Assembly: GCA_964035575.1 (NCBI GenBank)
Contig: OZ037845.1
Coordinates: 1,302,001 to 1,366,000 of the forward strand
Length of the DNA stretch: 64,000 bases
Reading direction: 5' to 3'
From: Rhynchopus sp. YZ270_cl-10
Taxonomy: Eukaryota
Shown here: piece by piece, positions 55,441 to 64,000 of the stretch
How the letters are laid out: each line of letters opens with the position of its first letter
Numbering within the stretch: the first letter of the stretch is position 1
The notes under the pieces: model-generated
What the model was told of the DNA's origin: nothing
What the model saw: the letters and a program-made list of their open reading frames with translations, nothing else
The model's database searches: none
Position numbers and translations under genes: made by a program

Positions 55441-57637
55441 GAAGAAATGTGGAGAATTTGAGGGGGAAAAAATGGTGTGAAATTTTGAAAACAACTACCC
55501 GAAATATCATATGAATTTGGGTGTCAAAAAAAATTTTTTTTGCCATGATTGGCCCCTTAGGGTCACGCTACGTTGTGAACTGCCTCCGTTCTCTTACGGT
55601 GCGGATCACTCACGTTACCCTTTGCATGAGTTCGACTGAGATGCGTTTTAGCACGTTACAACTGCTTTTTTTGTAAAACACCGTTCCGTCGTGCGGGGGT
55701 GGGGGTCGAAAAAGAAAACGAAAAATAAACATGGCTGTTATGCTAGCGGTGGATCGTCTCCCGTTTGCCTATCGGCATGGGTGTTGTTCACGTATTGTTG
55801 TTATTGTTGCTTTGTTATGCGATAATGAATGTTATCAAAGGTGACTGAGCACGAGAGGCTAGGTTCACCGAAAAACTTTTCTTTTTGTTGATGTATCTTT
55901 GCTCTCGTGAGAGTAACCAAAAGTAGTCAGGTTTCCACACCTTCCGCAAATAACCTGAAATTAATTGAAATAGCAACCTCCTCACTGGAGGTTTGTAAAG
56001 AATAATAAAACCAAAAAAAAACAGTGGTGTTGCCATTATGCACTGTTCAGGTGCAGGAAATCAGATCAGGGGGGTTTTTCATGCGTACCGTCTTTTGTGA
56101 CCACATATGTGAGTCCTTGTGAATAAGCCCTGTGATGATTTTCTGTCCACAATAAAAAAGCATAACGAAAATGGGAGGTGCACTTTTGGAAGTTTTTTTT
56201 TTTTTGCTTCTTGGCAGGTCCTGAAGGAATACGGGAGAAGAGGAAAAGAAAATGTGTCAGAACCTTTAGTTCAAAAGCCTTGATAGGTGATAATCTGATG
56301 CAACAAAGAAGAGAAAGAAGGAAATAAAAAATAATAAAAACAAAGAAAGAAAACGGATACCAGCAATGCGAGAAACGTCCTGAAAAAAAAGCTGAAAAAG
56401 CAGTTTTAAAAAGTGGCGAACTGCATTCTATATTCGAACAATTTTTCAGCAAAAACAAAAAAAAAAAGGGCAGCAGTCTTCGGACAGGTGCGTAGCGACA
56501 CCTCCCTTGCGAGCTCACAGAAGCTAAGTCGTTCATAATTTTTGTGTTGACAGGTCTAGGTTTTAGTTTTTGAAAAGACAAGTAGAGCGCAAAGACTGTT
56601 TGATAATAGCAACAGTGGTTAAAACTTTTTACATCTCGGAGGGTCTAGCACTGACGATGTCCCCCTCTGATACTACCAATGTATGCAGTTAGGACTGAAA
56701 CATGATGTACTGAATTTCTAACCAACTACTTTATTTTCTCACGTGACCCCTTTAACCCACCCTATCCCCCAAACTTTGATGATGCAACTTTTGTGTATAT
56801 TACAGCACTCGAATGCATAAACAACAAATAAAAGCGACTTTCCAGAGTTGAGGACGACCTCCGTCTATATCTTTTAAGTACAATAGCCTTCGGGCGACAT
56901 TGAGTACAGATCCTGCACTAGCAGGTGATTGTCGACACAACAAAAAAACACACAAAAACGCAATCCCCCCCAGAAAACACTACACCTCGCATTTTTCCAT
57001 GAAGTAGTCATGAGAACATGAAAGCAGCAATAACAGTGATACACTGATCACAAAAAAATATTTTTGTCTCTTTTGTGTGTATTGTAAAAGATGATGGGGC
57101 AACGGCATTGCCCAAACAAACTGAACGCCCTATTCTTCGTATTCAGCGATTATGTTCACATTATGTTCGCCCTTCCAACTTTCATTTTATTTTGTTTGTT
57201 TGCTTCTACAAGATTCTCCCCCGCCATAGCAACAATGCATCAGGCATGTATTAATAGTACTGTCTATTAACGACGTTGAACGAGACGTTTGCGCTTTTAA
57301 ACCTCTCTTTTGATTAATAAGCGTTCTCCCCTTGACAAGCCTTACCCCACCTTTTTTTTGCATCCACACCGGAACTTTGGCGGACTTTGGCGTCCAAAGA
57401 AACCTGCTGTTCATATCATCTTACCCGATCCGTGTAGCAGAGAAAGGTAGTGGGTGAGGATTGTCTTGGGTGTTCTTCAGCGTGAGTGACGCTTGTAAAC
57501 TTCACTCTGTTTTGCTTTTGTCCCCAGATATCCTCCTCCAGTTTTGGACCCAAAGCGCACTTTTGTTTTAAAAAGAAATTCGTTTCTTTTACTTTTTACT
57601 ATAAAACCCCCCCGGCTTAGTGCACAAAAGACCCAAT

Positions 57638-58778
57638 CAGGCTTCGCGCTAACTTTTGGAAAAAAATCTGAAAAATCGTGTTTCGGGACCAAAAAAACGC
57701 ACCTCAAATAGTCGTGCGTCAGGGGGTGAAAAAACAGTGTTTTGTGGCATTTCCGAGCCAATCCCGCGCTGTGGTGGGGCATATTCGGGAAAATGGACAA
57801 AATGTTAGTGACTTAAATTTTCACAAAATATGAACCCATACTCTTAAACAAGGGGCATTTTCAGGTCTGAAAACCCAAATTCAGATGAAATTGTGGTGTT
57901 TTGACTGGGAACAGGTAGCGCCGCAGGCGCACGGTACCCAACTTTTGTCTTTTTATTTTCCCCTTTTTTCTGCTTTCTTTTGGTTGCACGAGCCGATTGC
58001 TCTCCACGGTGGGGTCACATGTGTGTGCAAAAACACTCTAAAGTACTCTTACTCTGAACGATGAGATTCCTCTGGTTTTAGTAAGGAAACCCCTGTTTGC
58101 AAAAAGTGCGTAAATTTCCTGTGGCTTTTTCCCGCCAAGAGGTCGTTTCGTTGCATTTCCGAACCAATCCCGGATTGTGGTGGGGGATGTACGGAAAAAT
58201 GGACAAAAATGCAGCGACTTAAAATTTGACAAAACATGAGCCCATACTCGTAAACAAGAGTTATTTTCAGGTCTGAAAACCCAACGTACTGAAGAAGCTA
58301 TCGGTAACGTAGTGATGGCGGTGGGGTTTCAGTGACCACAGAGAAGAGTGAGAAAAACCTAGGACGGTTATGGCCTCGGAGGGGGTGTGCCCCATGGCGT
58401 CCTAATCAATCTTTATCCGTGAGGGAGGGGGGATCATCCTCAGGGGGGATGTGGAGTCGTACTCAAATAAAATGAACTGTACATAAGTACATCATCTTTA
58501 AACATAAAGGAGGGTAGGAACAGGTAGCGCCGCAGGCGCACGGTACCCAACTTTTTTCTTTTTTTCTTTTCCCTTTTCTCTGCTTTCTTTTGATCGCGCG
58601 AGCCGATTGCTCTCCACGGTGGGGTCACATGTGTGTGTGAAAACACTCTAAAGTACCCTTACTATGAAATATGAGATTCTCTGGTTTTCTTAAGGAAACC
58701 CCGGTTTGCAAAAAAAAAACGCACCACAAAAATATCCAAAAATCCCGGGACAAAGGACAGAAGTTAGCGCAAAGCCTG
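57638..58778. mobile_element. hAT-type MITE, 8-bp TSD GACCCAAT, with internal tandem duplication
   Basis: TIRs CAGGCTTCGCGCTAACTT / AAGTTAGCGCAAAGCCTG; GACCCAAT at 57630-57637 and 58779-58786. Confidence 0.9.
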
Positions 58779-59451
58779 GACCCAATCCTTATTATTTTTT
58801 TTTTTTTGAATGCCAAGTTTCTTGGGCTGTAATTTTTATTAAAGAGGGGGGTCTTTTGCTGTGGCTTTTCTTTACACGATTTTCTCTTTTTTTTTTTTTT
58901 GGAGACGATGATGAGCAACTCTTTTCTATGCAAGCTGCTTTTATATTTGCTAACTTTTCTTTGAGATCTAGGCTTACTGTTTGACTGGTACTACGAGGCA
59001 CATGTGGTACATCTCATTCTTCTTTCCATATGTGCAAAAAGATGTGTTTACGAGAGTCACATTCATCTTACAAGCTTTCTTTTTAGATGGCTGTTTGATA
59101 ATGACTGTGTTCTCAGGCTCGTCTTCTAAAATTTTTTTAGCTCCCGGCAACAGGAGCGTGAACACCCTCGATACCGCTTGTGGAAAAGATGCCGAATACC
59201 TATGGGCATTTTCATCTTTTACCTTTATTCCCCCTCCCCCATGCCTAAAAGGCAAATGGTGGTGTTTTCGAGCCTTTTTGTGGCTCGGGTGTTCCCCGTG
59301 TAACAAAAAAAACCCCTTGGGTTTTTTTCACGATACCCGACCCAAAATTTGGCCAAAACGTCGCGATGCCCGGGCATGTATGCCTCCGCTCTTTTTTGAA
59401 AACGAGGTATTGCGATTGAGGGGGTGCATTTATCCTCTCACTTTTTAGTTC

Positions 59452-59499
59452 TGTGCCTGCGCCCGCCGTGTACTGTGAGGCGTTTGCACTTTCAACTTC
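59452..59499 (+). repeat. Representative of dispersed hairpin family C (GTGCCTGCGCCCGCCG...GTGAGGCGTTTGCACTTTCAACTTC)
   Basis: Other copies at ~65-110 and ~34152-34200. Confidence 0.85.
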
Positions 59500-60499
59500 T
59501 TTGGTTATTTATTGTCCTCCCCCCCTCACCATTTTTGCATGTTTTTTTTTTGTAAAAGTTTACACTTTTCATGTGGTACGAAAGTCACAAAAAAAAGACA
59601 TAACATGCATGGGTTTGTTAAAAAAAAAAGACATTTTTCAAATTGTTTTCAAGTTTTTCTTTGCTATCTGAGATGCAGCTAAATAAGCATCTTGTCTTCC
59701 CCCTCCCCCCTCTCCTCCCCTTCCCCCTTTACCCTATGTTTGCATCGTTCATGATGCAAAGCTAGTCTGTTCAAGAGAACTGACGGAAAACACAATTCGC
59801 GACTGAGACAAAAAAAAAAATGCGACAGAATCTCACACCCCTCTCCTGCTTTTTCTTCCCCTCCGATCCCCCTATTCCTCCCCTAGCGGTGGCTGTAATG
59901 TGATAATTGGCTGTCACAATACATAATACGGCTGTGTTGTGATATGATGGGTAATTATCGGCTTTGGTCGCCAATGGATTCCAGTTGCTAGACTCAGCAA
60001 CCTTGAGTTGATTATCGTCTGTCAGATCAGCATATCCTGCCTGGTACTTCGGCTTATTTCTCGTGGACTGTCCTTTCCCTCTCAGCCTTTCTCTTGTTGT
60101 TCGTCTTCTGCAGAAATTCTCTTAATTTTTTTTTTTTGGGGGGGGGACTGTGTCTTCTCACCTCACCTGCCTTCCGTTTCTTGGTGTGCCACGCCACGCC
60201 GAGTTTCGTCTGCACAGACTTATTGGGTATCTTTTTTTCTTCAACTTTGTGAGGGAATAAAAAAAAGCAGACGGAGAAAGGGGGAGCAAAGCTTCTCGAT
60301 ACAATGATCGTCAATGTAGTCGTGGCGGCTGGTGGAAGGGATCACCGGGCGGAAGAGGAAAGCCAGATAGGATATCCACACAATGGTCTTGGTTGCATCT
60401 TTGCTGGGATCACAATACAGCCACCACTATCCTCCCCAGAACAACAACAATCCCATGATTTCACTTTACATCACTTAAATAACCCCCCCCCCCCCCCCC

Positions 60500-60732
60500 T
60501 AGGCATAGTGTGCAGATGAACATTTTTGGTTCGTCAACGAACAAAATGTTCGTCGGTTTTGTTCGTCGATGTTCGTCGACGAACATCGACGAACAGGTCC
60601 CTGCCACAAGGGCAACCCACGACGAACAACGACGAACATCGACGAACAACGACGAACATCGACGAACAAAAATTTTTTTTCCCCCCACGACGAACATCGA
60701 CGAACATTTTGTTCGTCTGCACACTATGCCTA
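60500..60732. mobile_element. ~230-bp MITE with CGACGAACA internal repeats
   Basis: TAGGCATAGTGTGCAGATGAACA / TGTTCGTCTGCACACTATGCCTA; TSD ambiguous (TA or CTAG) because the junction is palindromic. Confidence 0.8.
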
Positions 60733-61784
60733 GGGAGCGCGGCGAGGCCCTTTTTTCTGTAACACTCAACAAAAAATCATGAAAACGTGTAAAAAAAATA
60801 TCCGAAAACACAAAACCACCCCAGAAAACACATTTGTGGGACTATTTCTTACTTTTTGATGCCTTTTGGCACTTTCCCCCCCGATTTTTTGACACTTTTT
60901 GACACGTTTTCACCCAATTTCCCCCTTCTCTGAGGGTATTTGATAACAGGGCGATTTATAGAAAAATTCAAAAATTTAAAATAGTCCAAAACAAGAGGAA
61001 AAGTGGTTTTTTCCAGTCAGATGTGTGCACAGAGTGATTTCCGTGGGGTTTTGGGGCCAAAAGTCCAGTTTTTTCAATGTCTTCGCCGAAAATATTGAAT
61101 TTTTTTTATACACAAAAACCACATTTTAGCCGGGAGGAGCAAACCATTACAAAACCATTACACACTTTCTATTTGGACCTCCGGGCACCAAAATCGACCA
61201 GAAAATGGTTGTAAATACGATTTTTCAACCCCCATAAGGTATCTAAGATCAACCCCGGGGGTATTGGTGCCTTCTATGGACGTTTTGTGGGCGATTTTTG
61301 GGTTTTGGGGTGACGAAAAGGGCTCAAAAACGAGGTAAAAACTGCCCCCTTTTCTGTCTCATCCACTCAAATACACGCTCGGGCCCCAATCTGGACGCCC
61401 AAAAGCTTCGAAACCTACATATTTCCACTGCCGGACCTCACCGGAGGGGATGTGGGGTGGTTTTCGGCACCTTAGAAGAAAAACTGTGCTCCCGGATCCA
61501 GTTTTTTGAAAGCATTACATTCCTGAAGGAAATCTTACTAAAATCTTACTATTTTCGAAGCCGTTTTTTCGAAAAAAAGTGATTTTTTTTCGAAAATAAA
61601 CGCTCAGTTTTGGTTGTTTGGTGGTTCATTGGGCAGAATCGACGAATTTTAGGCCACTTTGGGACCAGGTAGACCCACCTTGGCGGGTTTTATGACTTTT
61701 TTTCAAAAAATTCTTGAAAAAACACGAGCGTTACAGAGGGTCCTTAAGGATTTCCTTAAGGGCTGTGCCCCCTAACCCCCCCCC

Positions 61785-61860
61785 CTCTCCTTCCCCTCTC
61801 CTTCCCCTCTCCTTCCCCTCTCCTTCCCCTCTCCTTCCCCTCTCCTTCCCCTCTCCTTCC
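61785..61860. repeat. Polypyrimidine tandem repeat (CTCTCCTTCCC)n, about 7 units
   Basis: 11-bp unit directly visible upstream of the 62034 ORF. Confidence 0.9.
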
Positions 61861-62033
61861 CAACGCACTACAGAAATTCGTTACTTATTTCTTCCCCTCC
61901 CCTCCCCTCCCCAGCTATTCAAAAAAAATTTGTAAAAAATCCCCATCCGTTCGAACAAAAATATATAACCAATCCCCTCCCCTCCCCCCTCCCCCTCCCC
62001 AACCCCCTCCCTCTTCAACCAAACCATACAAAT

Positions 62034-63644
62034 ATGGAAGGCGGAGAATTACGCACCGAGGGCGAAAGAGGGTCTCTTGACCCTCTTGAAGTGGAGCTGA
62101 GCCTTTTGCTTGGAAGTTTACGTCAGCATCCAGGAGCAGAACCACAACCTGTTGATGCCGATGTTTCCAGAACAGATGTGACGAACACAAGAGGCTCCAG
62201 CACACTGCGTGAAGCTGACGACATGCCGGAAGTGCAGAAAAAACTGGATCAGGTAATCGCTGATTGCGCAGATTCAGCAGATTCAGCAGAATCCTTGCGG
62301 AAGGCACTCTTGCGCAATGAACTTCTCTTAATGCGGGGTGTGGGTGTTGCTGAGATACCTCCTGAGATACTACGTCCTGAGATATCACCTCGTGAGATAC
62401 CACCTCCAGAAGTGGAGACCACCGATGACTCTCCTTGCAATCACTATAGTGATGTTTGCAACGATGCTATGAAATCTGCCCTCGAAAACCCTGTCTTCCG
62501 CTCTGTTTGTAACAAATACACTACACCGCACGATAACTCCAAGAAGCGCTTCAAACACAACCGAGAAAACTTCCTTCTTGCCACCGACATAGGTTTTATG
62601 AGCCACGACCGAATCATGCTCCGTCTCAAATTCCCAAGCGGCAAACAGGTTGACCGACTCCAAGCATTTCGGATAAGCTTAAACGAAGTAGCACCAGACA
62701 GTGTAGAACGGGGAGTAATATACTTTGAAATGGCAGTGTTAATGTTGAGCCAGGATATGACAATGACCTGCATGGCAGCTTTTAAGGAGATGGACGTTTT
62801 TGATGAGGAGGAGACCATGAAAACTCCGTTGCAGCTTTTGGTTGATGCGTTGCGGTGTGATAAGACGTTGTTGGGTGCGTGGTTTGTCCTTGCCGATGTG
62901 ATGTCACGGAAGTCGGGAAGGGTGAATTTGAGTAACGAAAACGAGCCTGCATCATGGTTCAATGCGGAGCAGGTTCTCCATGAAGCTGAGTTTCGTGCCG
63001 CGCAATACGCAGACCTCACCGAACGAACGGATCTCGACGAAGACGAAGTGCAATGTCTCCTTAACCTCGCAAAAGAGATCCGTCGTCGCGCCTTCGACAT
63101 AGCAATACAAATCAAAGTAGAACAACAACCCGACTACAAACCTGGAACCCCCAAACCAGCCGCCACAAAGCGTCACATCCGAGTCAAAGAGGAGGAGGTG
63201 TACTGTGCTGTGCTGCGCTGTACAACGCCGTTGAAGGCAGAAACCATCGCCGTCACAAAGTTTTTTCTGGCAAAGGTCCTTGCACGCCCCCCAGAACGCA
63301 CACCAGACGGGACCCCCATCCCCAAGGAGATCCTCTACCTCAACCCACTTAACCTCGGTACCCCGCTCCACGCACATCGGCTCTATGCAGAGGTGCTCAG
63401 CCACATCGAGGAAGACCCCACCATCCTCATGACATCCGGGCGGGTGTACCGTGCAGTGGCAGAGTACATGAAGATCCACTTCCCCGACTCCTCCTTCCTA
63501 GCGGGCAACGATGCACTACCCCACGGGCAGGTCATGAAAAGATTTGAAAAGGAGCTAGGAAAACGCTCCCTCCCCTACTGGGACAAACGTGGCAAGTTTC
63601 CTAGTAGAAAAAATCTGTGTAGTCTCCCCGAATCCGAAATATGA
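62034..63644 (+). CDS. Hypothetical protein, 536 aa, probably largely helical
   Basis: Long uninterrupted ORF with ATG after a C-rich tract like the other genes; short 15-nt EIxP repeats at ~62350-62410; no family recognised. Confidence 0.7.
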   Translation: MEGGELRTEGERGSLDPLEVELSLLLGSLRQHPGAEPQPVDADVSRTDVTNTRGSSTLREADDMPEVQKKLDQVIADCADSADSAESLRKALLRNELLLMRGVGVAEIPPEILRPEISPREIPPPEVETTDDSPCNHYSDVCNDAMKSALENPVFRSVCNKYTTPHDNSKKRFKHNRENFLLATDIGFMSHDRIMLRLKFPSGKQVDRLQAFRISLNEVAPDSVERGVIYFEMAVLMLSQDMTMTCMAAFKEMDVFDEEETMKTPLQLLVDALRCDKTLLGAWFVLADVMSRKSGRVNLSNENEPASWFNAEQVLHEAEFRAAQYADLTERTDLDEDEVQCLLNLAKEIRRRAFDIAIQIKVEQQPDYKPGTPKPAATKRHIRVKEEEVYCAVLRCTTPLKAETIAVTKFFLAKVLARPPERTPDGTPIPKEILYLNPLNLGTPLHAHRLYAEVLSHIEEDPTILMTSGRVYRAVAEYMKIHFPDSSFLAGNDALPHGQVMKRFEKELGKRSLPYWDKRGKFPSRKNLCSLPESEI

Positions 63645-64000
63645 ACAGGGAAACCCCCTCGGTGCGAAACCAGAACGCGTGGTCTGACCACTAACAACGG
63701 ACTCGGGTTTTTAAAAAAATAGACAGGGCTCTCACAAAATCCCCCACTTTTTTGAGATTTTCAATCTTTGTTGGTATATGTTCATAATGTCTCCCCCCTT
63801 TTTTTTTCTTCATTTTTTTCTTTTTTTTTTTTTTTTTGAGACAACTGCCTTGCAAAAGTTGTAGGGGAGGAAATGAAAACATATTTGAGTGTGCCCAAAT
63901 TTTTGGTGTGAGCGATGTAAACACGACACAACTTATCCACAGAAAAGTTTTTGATTTTGTCCCTACACACTCCACAAAAATCCGGTGCGATCAACGAAAA

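Noticed and set aside
282..55870. ACGAGAGG copies as rRNA gene fragments or a CRISPR-like array
   Set aside because: Only the 8-nt loop tip matches the sarcin-ricin loop, with no flanking rRNA sequence. Copies are dispersed at irregular distances with no repeat-spacer periodicity and no cas genes.
60734..61750. Possible Kolobok-like element (CTGTAACACTC ... GAGCGTTACAGAGGGTCC|TTAA)
   Set aside because: The right end fits but the left end is degenerate with no TTAA; not enough to call.
1..64000. tRNA, 5S rRNA, spliced-leader RNA genes and autonomous transposase or RT ORFs
   Set aside because: None recognised by eye; tRNAscan-SE, Rfam and TE-protein HMM scans are needed to exclude them.

Overview
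Eukaryotic nuclear DNA. I infer a euglenozoan, probably diplonemid-like, protist from the uS4 sequence style, a PSP1-domain gene, all intact genes lying on the + strand, and short GT-AG introns with C/A-rich 3' ends. Nine protein genes can be modelled: a 5-exon Pro-rich/coiled-coil SAM+WW protein, a 5-exon SAM/PH-like/PDZ/polyQ/PSP1 protein, an intronless 4480-aa divergent dynein heavy chain whose AAA1 catalytic residues are substituted, a WD40-like membrane-anchored protein, RPS9, a CAMK/SNF1-type kinase with Cys/His repeats, an inositol-polyphosphate-kinase-like+C2 protein, a PP2C, and one unknown ORF. The long intergenic regions (about 31.5-44.6 kb, 47-54 kb, 55.5-62 kb) contain no recognisable transposase. 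They do hold about 11 non-autonomous TIR elements, most with readable target-site duplications of 2, 3, 4, 6, 7 or 8 bp, several nested or stacked at one site. The most unusual signal is a set of short dispersed hairpins, all on the coding strand. Three families have different stems but the same ACGAGAG loop, matching the sarcin-ricin loop tip. A separate ~110-nt UUCG-tetraloop family has A-rich tails and covarying stems. All calls were made by eye; no searches or folding programs were run.
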